Below are positions 27,519-38,566 of a stretch of 64,000 nucleotides of DNA, in pieces (the first letter of the stretch is position 1; every line of letters begins with the position of its first letter). The notes beneath the pieces were generated by a model that was not told the DNA's origin, did no database searches, and saw nothing but the letters and a program-made list of their open reading frames with translations. Made by a program: the position numbers and the translations under genes. The DNA lies in contig CBDATQ010000001.1 of assembly GCA_965199955.1 (NCBI GenBank), positions 352,001 through 416,000 of the forward strand. The letters are read 5' to 3'. The DNA comes from Spirochaetia bacterium. Lineage in GTDB: Bacteria > Spirochaetota > Spirochaetia > SZUA-6 > Bin103.

Positions 27519-29819
27519 GTGAGGATGGAACACCAGGCCACCGACGCACACCCGATGCAGCGCCGGTTGCCGTCCGAGCTCGAGCGGCTTGCGCGCGCGG
27601 AGGGCGTCGATCCGGGCGCCGCCCTGCTCGTGGCGCGGACCGATCTCAACCTGTCGGGCTCCTACGAAGCGGTGTACCTCGTCGTGGAAGGCGATCGGCT
27701 GACCACGATCGGCGCTCCGGCCAACGGCGGCACCGCGACCCGTGTCACCGTGGCGCGCGAAGAGATCCACGACATCGGCACGCGGCCCGGGGTCGGCGGC
27801 GGGTTCCTGGAAGCCGTGATCGAGGATGCCGCGGTGGAGATCCTGGCGTACTCGAACCGCTCGGCGCCGCTGTTCCAGCGGGTCGCGGCCAAGCTGCAGG
27901 CATGGGTGGCGGGCGATCCGCTGATCGTCGGCGAGGAGGACCGGGAGGAGCCCGACCTCTGCCCGACCTGCGGCATCAGGCTGGAGGCGCCGGGGGAGGC
28001 ATGCCGGCGGTGCCTGAGCCCCGGCAGCCTGCTCGGCCGGGTGCTGCGGCTGATGCGTCCCTATGCCGGGCGGGCCGCGCTGATGATGGGGCTGGTGCTG
28101 GTCTCCATCGGCGTGGAGCTGCTGCCGCCGCAGCTCATCAAGGCCATCACCGACCGCGTGCTGGCGCCGGGACAGGCGGGCAACCCGGTGCTGCCGGAGG
28201 CCGAGGCGATCGCGTTGCTCGTGCGGATGGTCGCCCTGCTGCTCGGCGCCTACCTGGTCGACGGGCTCGTGCAGTCGATCCAGTTGCGGCTGAGCAGCGC
28301 CATCGGCACGCAGGTCACCTACGACCTGCGCTCCAAGCTGTTCCGCCACCTGATGCGGCTGTCGGTCTCCTACTACGACCGCTACAGCACCGGGCAGCTC
28401 ATGAGCCGCGTCGTGCAGGATACCGAACAGCTCAAGGGGCTGATCGTGCAGGCCACCAGCGGCTTCGTGGCTCAGCTCATCAAGGTCGTCGCCGTGGGGC
28501 TGCTGCTGTTCACCCTGAACTGGCAACTGGCGCTGGTGACCCTGGTGCCGGCGCCGTTCGTGGTCGCGGCCGCCGCCTTCTTCTGGAAGCGCATCTACCC
28601 GCGCTACTACCGGATCTGGGACGCGCGCAGCAAGCTCAACGGCGCGCTCAACTCGATCCTCAACGGCGTGCGCGTGGTCAAGGCGTTCGGCCAGGAGCGG
28701 CGCGAGATCTCCCGCTTCCACCGCACCTCCGGCTACCTGCGCGACAGCTTCCGGCGCGTGGAGTACATGACCGCGTCGTTCCAGCCCGGCATGGCGGTGC
28801 TGTTCCAGCTCGGCGGCATCCTGGTCTGGTTCATCGGCGGACGCCGCGTGCTGAACGACGTGATGACGCTGGGCACGCTCATGGCGTTCCTCAACTATCT
28901 GACCATGTTCTACGTGCCACTGCGGCAGCTCACCCGCATGGCCAACTGGCTGACCAGCTTCCTGTCGGCGGCGCAGCGGGCGTTCGAGATCCTTGACACG
29001 CGGCCGCTGATCCTGGAGTCGGCCGACACCAGACCCATCCCGGCACAGTCCGCGGCGTCGGTGCGGTTCGACCACGTCGAGTTTTCCTACGAGCGCGACG
29101 AGCGGGTGATCAACGACCTGAGCTTCGAGGTGCGTCCGGGCGAGCACCTCGGCGTGGTCGGCAAGAGCGGCTCGGGCAAGACCACCCTGATCAACCTGAT
29201 CGCCCGCTTCTACGACGTCACCGACGGCGCCGTGTCCATCAACGGCGTCGACGTGCGCAACCTGCCGCTGCCCGAGCTTCGCCGTTTCGTCGGCGTGGTG
29301 CTGCAGGAGTCGTTCCTGTTCCGCGGCACCATCTACGACAACCTGACCTACGGCAACCCGGAGGTGACCTTCGATGCCGTGGTCGAGGCGGCCAAGGCCG
29401 CAAACGCGCACGAGTTCATCATGCAGAAGCCGCTGGGCTACGACACCTACATCGGCGAGCGCGGCGCCGGCCTGTCCGGCGGGCAACGGCAGCGGGTTTC
29501 GATCGCGCGCGCCCTGCTCTACGATCCCAGGCTTCTGATCCTGGACGAGGCCACCAGCAGCGTCGACACCGAGTCCGAGCACCTGATCAAGGACGCGCTG
29601 GAACGGGTGACCGAGGGGCGCACGACGATCGCGATCGCCCACCGCCTGAGCACGCTCAAGAACTGCGACCGGATCGTCGTGCTGGACGGCGGGCGCCTGC
29701 GCGAGGAGGGCACGCACGAGGCGCTGGTGCGCCGGCGCGGGATCTACTACCGGCTGGTCAAGATCCAGACCGACCTGGCGCGCGACGACACCATCGAGTC
29801 GCTGGAGCCCGGCCGATGA
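27519..29819 (+). CDS. ABC transporter fused permease/ATPase with N-terminal extension
   Basis: GKSGSGKT, LSGGQRQR, LDEATS and AHRLST motifs; CPTC..CRRC zinc ribbon before the TMD. Confidence 0.93.
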   Translation: MRMEHQATDAHPMQRRLPSELERLARAEGVDPGAALLVARTDLNLSGSYEAVYLVVEGDRLTTIGAPANGGTATRVTVAREEIHDIGTRPGVGGGFLEAVIEDAAVEILAYSNRSAPLFQRVAAKLQAWVAGDPLIVGEEDREEPDLCPTCGIRLEAPGEACRRCLSPGSLLGRVLRLMRPYAGRAALMMGLVLVSIGVELLPPQLIKAITDRVLAPGQAGNPVLPEAEAIALLVRMVALLLGAYLVDGLVQSIQLRLSSAIGTQVTYDLRSKLFRHLMRLSVSYYDRYSTGQLMSRVVQDTEQLKGLIVQATSGFVAQLIKVVAVGLLLFTLNWQLALVTLVPAPFVVAAAAFFWKRIYPRYYRIWDARSKLNGALNSILNGVRVVKAFGQERREISRFHRTSGYLRDSFRRVEYMTASFQPGMAVLFQLGGILVWFIGGRRVLNDVMTLGTLMAFLNYLTMFYVPLRQLTRMANWLTSFLSAAQRAFEILDTRPLILESADTRPIPAQSAASVRFDHVEFSYERDERVINDLSFEVRPGEHLGVVGKSGSGKTTLINLIARFYDVTDGAVSINGVDVRNLPLPELRRFVGVVLQESFLFRGTIYDNLTYGNPEVTFDAVVEAAKAANAHEFIMQKPLGYDTYIGERGAGLSGGQRQRVSIARALLYDPRLLILDEATSSVDTESEHLIKDALERVTEGRTTIAIAHRLSTLKNCDRIVVLDGGRLREEGTHEALVRRRGIYYRLVKIQTDLARDDTIESLEPGR

Positions 29820-30388
29820 GCCCCGAACGGGATCTGACCGAGGCGGAGCTGCGCGAGAAGCGGGGCGAGGGCCCGGATTCGGCCCGGCTGCGCTTCCTGG
29901 ATCCGTCGATGTGCCGCTTCTATCCGGGCAACTTCGCGGCGCTGCACCTGGAGATCACCGGCGTCTGGGTCTACGGAGGCGTGTATGCCGCCTACTGCTT
30001 CCCGGTCGAACGCCGCGACCAGTTCATCGCCATCATCCAGAGCCGGCGCACGGGCGACGACCTCGAGATCGGGATCGTGCGCCGGCTGGGCGACTTTCCC
30101 GACGATCAGGCCGAGTTGGTGCGGGCGGCGCTGCAGCGCCGCTACTTCTTCCACACCATCCGCCGCATCCGCCGCATCGGCTGGGACGGCGGCTACGTGT
30201 CGATGCGGGTCGACACCGACAAGGGCCCGGCCAGCTTCCTGATGCGCTGGAGCAACGACCGGGCGGTGAGCTTCGGCCGTAACGGCAAGCTCCTGATCGA
30301 CGTGGACGACAACCGCTACCTGATCCCGCAGGTGGATGCGTTGCCGGCGCGCGACCGCAGCGCGTTTACGCGTATCATCTACTGGTAA
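29816..30388 (+). CDS. DUF1854 domain protein
   Basis: FP....FI...EIG...L..RYF...I..I...V.TD.G...D.DDNRY.IP pattern; ATGA-coupled to the ABC gene. Confidence 0.85.
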   Translation: MSPERDLTEAELREKRGEGPDSARLRFLDPSMCRFYPGNFAALHLEITGVWVYGGVYAAYCFPVERRDQFIAIIQSRRTGDDLEIGIVRRLGDFPDDQAELVRAALQRRYFFHTIRRIRRIGWDGGYVSMRVDTDKGPASFLMRWSNDRAVSFGRNGKLLIDVDDNRYLIPQVDALPARDRSAFTRIIYW

Positions 30389-30393
30389 CGACG

Positions 30394-31686
30394 ATGGCAC
30401 CGGTACCGCGCGTCAAGGGGACGCAGGACTTCTATCCCGACGGGTGGGCGCTGCAGGTCACGCTGCGGGAGATCATGCTGGCCGCCGGCCGCGCCTACGG
30501 GTACCAGGAGTACGAGGGGCCGGCGATCGAGTACCTGGATCTCTACCTGGGCAAGAGCAGCGAGGAGATCGTCACGCAGCAGACCTTCCGCATCCAGGAC
30601 CGGGACGGCAAGGCGCTGCTGCTGCGCCCGGAGCTGACGCCGACCCTGGCGCGCATGATCGCCGCCCGCGAGCGGGAGATCCCGCTGCCCGCGCGCTGGC
30701 AGTCGTGGGGGCAGTTCTACCGCTACGAGCGGCCGCAGCGCGGCCGCGGCCGTTCGTTCTTCCAGTGGAACGTCGACCTGCTCGGCAGCGAGAGCGCGCA
30801 CGCCGACGCCGAGGTGATCCAGGTGGCGTGCGCGCTGTTCGCGTCGCTCGGACTTGAGCCGGACGCCGTGCAGATCAAGCTCAACGACCGCGCGGCGCTG
30901 GAGGCCGACCTGACCGGCGCGTTCGGCGTCCCGGCCGAGCTGGTGCGAGGCGTGTTCCGCGTGATCGACCGGCTGGACAAGGTCGGCGACGATCGCGCCT
31001 GTGGACAAATGGTTGAGATCGGTCTGGAGCAAGGCCAGGCCGAGGGTGTGGTGGCATTCGTGCAGGAGCCGGTCGACGAGCCGCCGGCGCGGCTGGCGGC
31101 GATCGTCGAGCAGCTCCGGATCTCCGGTCACGACCGGTACGTGCAGCTCGACCGCAGCATCGCGCGCGGCTTCGAGTACTACACCAGCACCGTGTTCGAG
31201 GCGTGGGCGGCCGGCGACCTGCGGCGCGCCATCTTCGGCGGCGGGCGCTACGACGACCTGACGCGCCAGGTGGGCGGCAAGCAGCGCGTGCCCGGGGTCG
31301 GCATGGCGGTCGGCGACATGGCGCTCCTGGAGTTGCTGCGGGAGCTCGACCGGGTGCCTGCGCCGGCTCGGTCCGGGCCCGACGTGCTGGTCACCGTGTT
31401 CGGGCCCGAGCAGCAGCAAGCGTCGGCGCGCATCGCCGATCGCCTTCGCCGCCGCGACGTGGCCGTCGAGCTGGCCCTGGATCCGGGTCAGCGCCTGGAG
31501 CGCCAGCTCCGCCACGCCGATCGGGTCGGCGCGCGCCTCGCCCTGATCATCGGCCCGGACGAAGCGGAGGCCGGCACGGTGCTGGTCAAGGACCTGCTCC
31601 GCCGGCAGCAGGAGCACGTGCCGGCCGGTGACACGGACGCGCTGATCGACCTGCTCAGCCGCGCATCGAAGTCCGGCACCGGCTGA
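30394..31686 (+). CDS. hisS: Histidine--tRNA ligase
   Basis: KGTQDF, LRPELT, RYERPQRGR, RGFEYYT and GGGRYD motifs. Confidence 0.97.
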   Translation: MAPVPRVKGTQDFYPDGWALQVTLREIMLAAGRAYGYQEYEGPAIEYLDLYLGKSSEEIVTQQTFRIQDRDGKALLLRPELTPTLARMIAAREREIPLPARWQSWGQFYRYERPQRGRGRSFFQWNVDLLGSESAHADAEVIQVACALFASLGLEPDAVQIKLNDRAALEADLTGAFGVPAELVRGVFRVIDRLDKVGDDRACGQMVEIGLEQGQAEGVVAFVQEPVDEPPARLAAIVEQLRISGHDRYVQLDRSIARGFEYYTSTVFEAWAAGDLRRAIFGGGRYDDLTRQVGGKQRVPGVGMAVGDMALLELLRELDRVPAPARSGPDVLVTVFGPEQQQASARIADRLRRRDVAVELALDPGQRLERQLRHADRVGARLALIIGPDEAEAGTVLVKDLLRRQQEHVPAGDTDALIDLLSRASKSGTG

Positions 31687-31702
31687 GCGTGATCCGTTTC
31701 GA

Positions 31703-32902
31703 TCAGGCGGAGCCCGATTCCGCCCGCTGACGAAGCCCGCCGAGGTCCGGCAGGGTCACGCCGTCCGGCGCCGCGCCGTCCAGCGGGTTTGGCTCCCGCC
31801 AGATCCGCCCGTCCCAGGTGCGCACCACCACCTCGTCTCCCGACCGGCCCAGCAGGTACTGCGGCGCCAGCGGCACCTTGCCGTACGGGGTGTCGAGCAC
31901 GTAGGTCGGCACGCCGAAGCCGGTGGTGTGGCCGCGCAGCGCCTGCACGATCGCAAGACCGGTCTCGATCGGAGTGCGCAGGTGCGCCGTTCCCGCCACG
32001 GGGTGGCACTGGAAGATGTAGTAGGGGCGCACGCGGATCGCCAGCAGCCGGTGAACGAGCTCCAGCATCACCTGCGGGTCGTCGTTGACGCCCTTGAGCA
32101 GCACGGTCTGGTTGCCGAGCGGCACCCCGGCGCGCAGCAGGCGGTCGCATGCCGCCGCCGCTTCCGGCGTGATCTCTTCGGGGTGGTTGAAGTGGGTGTT
32201 CAGCCAGAGCGGATGGTGGCGGCCCAGCACCTCGCACAGCTCCGGCGTGATCCGTTGCGGCAGCGTGCACGGCGTGCGCGAGCCGGTGCGGATGATCTGC
32301 ACGTGCTCGATGGCGCGCAGCCGGCCTGTCAGGTCGTCCAGTCGCTCGTCGGAGAACAGTAGAGGGTCGCCGCCGGTCACCAGCACGTCGCGGATCGCCG
32401 GGGTGCGCGCGATGTAGTCGATGCCGGCCTGCACCTTGGCGCGCGTGTGGTGCTCCTCGGTGTTGCCGACGAAGTACTCGCGGAAGCAGTAGCGGCAGTA
32501 GGTGGGGCAGACGTTGGTGATCTTGAATGCCACCCGGTCCGGGTACACGTGCACGACGGCGTCCACGGGCGAGTGCTGCTGCTCGAGCAGCGGATCCACT
32601 GCGCCCAGGTCGTCGGTGAGCTCCTGCACCGCCGGAACCTGCTGCCGGCGCAGCGGGCACTCCGGGTCGTCGCGGTGCATGAGCGACGCGTAGTACGGGG
32701 TGATCGCCCACCGGTACCGCGCGCCCGCGGAGTCGATGCCGGCCCGCTCGTCTTCTGTCAGGTCGACGTACCGCTCAAGGTCGGCGACGGACGTGATCCG
32801 GTTGCGGAGCTGCCACCGCCAGTCGTCCCAGTGGCGATCGGGTATCCCGGCTGGTCGAGCAGTCCGTCGGGGTGGCGCGCCGACGGCGGATCCGAGGGTC
32901 AA
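31703..32902 (-). CDS. KamA family radical SAM aminomutase (lysine 2,3-aminomutase-like)
   Basis: WRWQLRNR, CPTYCRYCFR, TGGDPL, NQTVLLKGVND and GKV motifs; probable TTG start overlapping the PIN gene stop. Confidence 0.92.
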   Translation of the reverse strand: MTLGSAVGAPPRRTARPAGIPDRHWDDWRWQLRNRITSVADLERYVDLTEDERAGIDSAGARYRWAITPYYASLMHRDDPECPLRRQQVPAVQELTDDLGAVDPLLEQQHSPVDAVVHVYPDRVAFKITNVCPTYCRYCFREYFVGNTEEHHTRAKVQAGIDYIARTPAIRDVLVTGGDPLLFSDERLDDLTGRLRAIEHVQIIRTGSRTPCTLPQRITPELCEVLGRHHPLWLNTHFNHPEEITPEAAAACDRLLRAGVPLGNQTVLLKGVNDDPQVMLELVHRLLAIRVRPYYIFQCHPVAGTAHLRTPIETGLAIVQALRGHTTGFGVPTYVLDTPYGKVPLAPQYLLGRSGDEVVVRTWDGRIWREPNPLDGAAPDGVTLPDLGGLRQRAESGSA

Positions 32903-33330
32903 GCGCGATCCACCGCCAGCACGGCCAGCAGCTCGTCTGCGGTCACGATCGGTACCGGCGCCGACTGAAAGCCGTCGCGGTCTCGCGTGACGAGGTAGTC
33001 GGCGCCGCATCGGAGCGCGGAGCGAAGTTGCACGGTGTCTTCGAAGTCGCCGCCGCCCCCAGCCAACGCTTCATCCAGGAGCGGTGTGTCCACCTCGACC
33101 GGGCGGAACACTGATCGGATCAGGTGGAGGGACTGGTGAGCGCGCTGGTCGCCGCCGTGCTTTCGCAGCAGGTAATACACGTTGATGAAGCTGACGACGG
33201 AGACGAAGCCGTGGTGAGTGCCGGTCTCCGCGAGTGTCCACACACGGGCCGAGGACCCGTAGAAGGGCTCCCGCCGCATCAACACGTCGAGGAGCACGTT
33301 CGTATCCAGGAACAGCCGCAGAATCGTTAT
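32899..33330 (-). CDS. PIN domain (VapC-like) toxin lacking a canonical start codon
   Basis: LFLDTNVLLDV and DFED..Q...A...LVTRD motifs; only ATA/ATT/CTG lie before the first catalytic Asp. Confidence 0.8.
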   Translation of the reverse strand: MTILRLFLDTNVLLDVLMRREPFYGSSARVWTLAETGTHHGFVSVVSFINVYYLLRKHGGDQRAHQSLHLIRSVFRPVEVDTPLLDEALAGGGGDFEDTVQLRSALRCGADYLVTRDRDGFQSAPVPIVTADELLAVLAVDRA

Positions 33331-33599
33331 GCTCCACGCGAGGCACCGTGCAGGTACTTCTCCTCCAGGGCCTCTTCGATCAACTCCCGGTCGGATCGGT
33401 GTGACCGCTGCGTCACCAGCCCGCTCGCCTGCCTGGTGATCGGACCAAGATCGCTCCGATCAGCCGTCGTCTCCCGATCGAGCGCCCGTATCACGCGGGC
33501 GAACAGCGCCGAAACGCTCATCCGACGCGACTTCGCCACGCGCTTTGCCAGAGCGACCAGCTCCTCCTCAGCGCTCAGGGTCAGTTTCACTCGGCCCAT
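33327..33599 (-). CDS. DUF6364-like ribbon-helix-helix antitoxin
   Basis: KLTLS......AK..A.....SVS.L...L.EKY pattern; upstream of the PIN gene; TACGTA palindromes at 33601 and 33624. Confidence 0.8.
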   Translation of the reverse strand: MGRVKLTLSAEEELVALAKRVAKSRRMSVSALFARVIRALDRETTADRSDLGPITRQASGLVTQRSHRSDRELIEEALEEKYLHGASRGA

Positions 33600-33714
33600 A
33601 TACGTACGATAGCGAATCTTCGATACGTAAGCAACGCCCGGGCGCTTGTGAAGCGTGATGCCGCGAAGTCGAAGCGCGACCGGCATGCGAGGTGCTATCA
33701 TCGGGCGGATCGAG

Positions 33715-36195
<2,481 letters not shown>

Positions 36196-36273
36196 GTCGG
36201 CGGTCCGGTGCCGTTCTCGCTGCAACGCGTCATCCCGTGGGACGTTTTGTCGTGACATTGTCAAGGAGTTCAG

Positions 36274-36640
36274 ATGGAGCGGAAGATCGAGGTGTTTTCA
36301 GTGCGTGATCTTCGGGTGCGCTCCAGCGAGCTGGTGCGCGAAGCGGAGGCCGGCCAGGTTTCGATCATCACCAAGCGGGGCCAAGCCTGCCGTCCTGGCG
36401 CTGCCGTTCGGGAGCCGGCTGGTCGATCTGGGCCTCGACAAGGATCTTGCGCTCGCTCTGTTCGAGCAGGGACTGGTGACCCTGGCGAAGGCCGCACGGC
36501 TTGCGGGTGTCACGCAGGACGTGTTCATGGATCTGGTCGCCGATGCCGGTCTGGTCGCGGTGGACTATCCTCCCGAGGAACTGGCGGACGAGTTGCGCGT
36601 CGAGGAAGCGGGATCGCAAGGGGCGCGGGCGAACAGGTAG
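36274..36640 (+). pseudogene. Phd/YefM-UPF0175 fusion antitoxin with +1 frameshift
   Basis: SD AAGGAG; VRDLR..SSEL...IITKRG continues in another frame as KPAVLALPF...TLAKAARLAG...DYPPEEL; extra base near 36381-36382. Confidence 0.8.
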
Positions 36641-37302
36641 GCGCGGCTGCTCCTTCCGACGACGGAAAGGGCGCCCATGTGCCGGAGGGTGTAGGTCATC
36701 TCGCCTGCGGCGGCAGGGGAGATGCCCGCGGCGCCGGCCAGCGCACGATTGGTGAATGGCTCCTGCAGACGCGGCGGCAGCAGACGTGCCAGGTCCGCCG
36801 GCGTGCGGAAGCGGCGCCGGCCGCGCACCTCCAGCAGCCGGGTGTCCAGCACGCTGATGCCGCGGCGGCGCCAGCTTCCGCGGCCGTCGGCGCAGCGCAC
36901 CTCTTCCACGTCTACCAGGAGCACGTCGAGCGTGAAGTTGGGATCGGTCATCAGGTACGGGATCCGGATCAGCTCGGCGAACAGGTCGCGGTAGGCGCCG
37001 CGCTTCGGCGACAGCCGGCGGCGCAGGACCTGTCCCCGCGCGTCCGTGGTCACGATCCATTTCCGCTCTGCGATCGGGAACACCAGGCGCACGCGATGGG
37101 TGTTGACCAGCCGGGTCAACTTGCGCTTGAGCTTCGCGAAGCCGCGGGTCTGGATCTCGATCAGAGTACCTCGCCGCACCAAGTCGATCACGTAGCCGTC
37201 CATCGGCACCTCGACCCGGTCGCGGGGCAGCGAGTACCAGGACTTCAACTCCGCGTGCAGCGACCGTTCGCGCAATTCTCCGATGGTGCGTGCGTGCCCC
37301 AC
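36565..37302 (-). CDS. PD-(D/E)xK-like nuclease-fold protein with C-terminal wHTH
   Basis: ERSLHAELK, IDLV...IEIQT and FT...LA....I......TYTL motifs. Confidence 0.65.
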   Translation of the reverse strand: MGHARTIGELRERSLHAELKSWYSLPRDRVEVPMDGYVIDLVRRGTLIEIQTRGFAKLKRKLTRLVNTHRVRLVFPIAERKWIVTTDARGQVLRRRLSPKRGAYRDLFAELIRIPYLMTDPNFTLDVLLVDVEEVRCADGRGSWRRRGISVLDTRLLEVRGRRRFRTPADLARLLPPRLQEPFTNRALAGAAGISPAAAGEMTYTLRHMGALSVVGRSSRAYLFARAPCDPASSTRNSSASSSGG

Positions 37303-37345
37303 ACTTACCCTATCGGCAGACTGGCGGCCGCCCGCGCGAGAGGCG

Positions 37346-38566
37346 CTACAGCACCTCCTGCAGCACGTAGAAGTAGTTCTGGTCGGTGCCGAAGATCAGC
37401 AGGTCGCGCGACGCCACCGGGGCGCTCAACACCGCGCCGTCCAGCTCCATTTCCCACAGCAGGCGGCCGTTGCGGGCCGACAGGCAGATCAGGCGGGGCG
37501 GGTCGCCGCGGAGCGGGTCGCCGCGCACGCCGAAGTACAGGCGGCTGCCGGCGACGGTCGGGGCGCTCGACGTGGGCTGCTCCAGCGTCACCCGCCACGC
37601 CTCACGGCCGCTGCCGGCTTCGAAGGCGCGCACAACCTGGTCGCCGCTGGTGTAGATCACCAGGTTGCGCCAGAGCGCCGGCGCCATGTAGTCCAGCAGT
37701 TTGATGTTGTCCCAGAATAGGCGGACCGGGTTGTAGGCGGAATCCTCGCCGAAGTAGGGCTCCTCCCTCTTGCGCCAGAGCTCGCGCCCGGTGGTGCGGT
37801 CCAGCGCCAGGTAGTTGAGCACCGTGGCGCCGCCGGTGGCGTAGTACATGTTCTGGCCGCGCAGGGCCGGAAACGAGTACCAGTTGACGTACGGGTCGTC
37901 GCCGTCGACGTACCACAGGTACGAGCGGCTTTCGATGTCGTAGGCGCCGAAGCTGACGCCGCGTTCGGGCGGCGCGGGTGCCCAGTAGATGACCCCCTCG
38001 TACACCTGGAACGTGTGGTAGGACCAGATCGGATTGGGGATGCGGTGCACTTCAAGGCCGTCCGGGTCAAGGAAGTACGACGCGCCGTTGTCACTGGTGA
38101 AGATGATCAGGTCGTCGTAGCGCAGGATCAGCGACTGCACGGTGGACTCGGTCTGGAACGACCACAGTTCCTCGCCACCGTCGCGCGACACCGCGTACAC
38201 GCTGCCGTCGTTGGACCCGAAGTAGACGGCGTCCTCGTCCGCGTACGGCACGGAGTTGTTCGGCGCGCGCGCCTTGAAGATCCAGCGCATGTAGCCCGAC
38301 TCGGCGTCCAGGGCGTAGAAATTGCCGTCGTCGGCGCCGAAGTAGATCGTGCCGTCGTAGACGATCGGGGGATTGAACGAGGTCGCCTGCCGGCCCACCT
38401 GCAGGGGCAGCTTCCACTTGAGTGCCAGCGGCGGCGCCACCGTCGTGGGGGCGACGCCGCGGCCCTGGCGCCCGCGGAACTCCAGCCAGTCGCCCGCGCT
38501 GCAGGCGTTCAACCCCAGCGCCGCGGCGGCGGTGATCGCGATGGCCGCCGCGCGCGGGCCGGTCAG
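37346..38566 (-). CDS. PQQ-like (BamB-type) beta-propeller lipoprotein
   Basis: Lipobox LNAC; repeated YFGxxDGxxYAL..G...W; start probably CTG overlapping the upstream TGA (uncertain). Confidence 0.85.
   Translation of the reverse strand: MTGPRAAAIAITAAAALGLNACSAGDWLEFRGRQGRGVAPTTVAPPLALKWKLPLQVGRQATSFNPPIVYDGTIYFGADDGNFYALDAESGYMRWIFKARAPNNSVPYADEDAVYFGSNDGSVYAVSRDGGEELWSFQTESTVQSLILRYDDLIIFTSDNGASYFLDPDGLEVHRIPNPIWSYHTFQVYEGVIYWAPAPPERGVSFGAYDIESRSYLWYVDGDDPYVNWYSFPALRGQNMYYATGGATVLNYLALDRTTGRELWRKREEPYFGEDSAYNPVRLFWDNIKLLDYMAPALWRNLVIYTSGDQVVRAFEAGSGREAWRVTLEQPTSSAPTVAGSRLYFGVRGDPLRGDPPRLICLSARNGRLLWEMELDGAVLSAPVASRDLLIFGTDQNYFYVLQEVL

Noticed and set aside
31703..32902. Calling the KamA gene epmB or ablA
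   Set aside because: No efp/epmA or ablB neighbour; the substrate cannot be determined from motifs.
36274..37704. 476-aa ORF starting like Phd
   Set aside because: Only about the first 36 codons are genuine; the rest follows a frameshift and is antisense to real genes.
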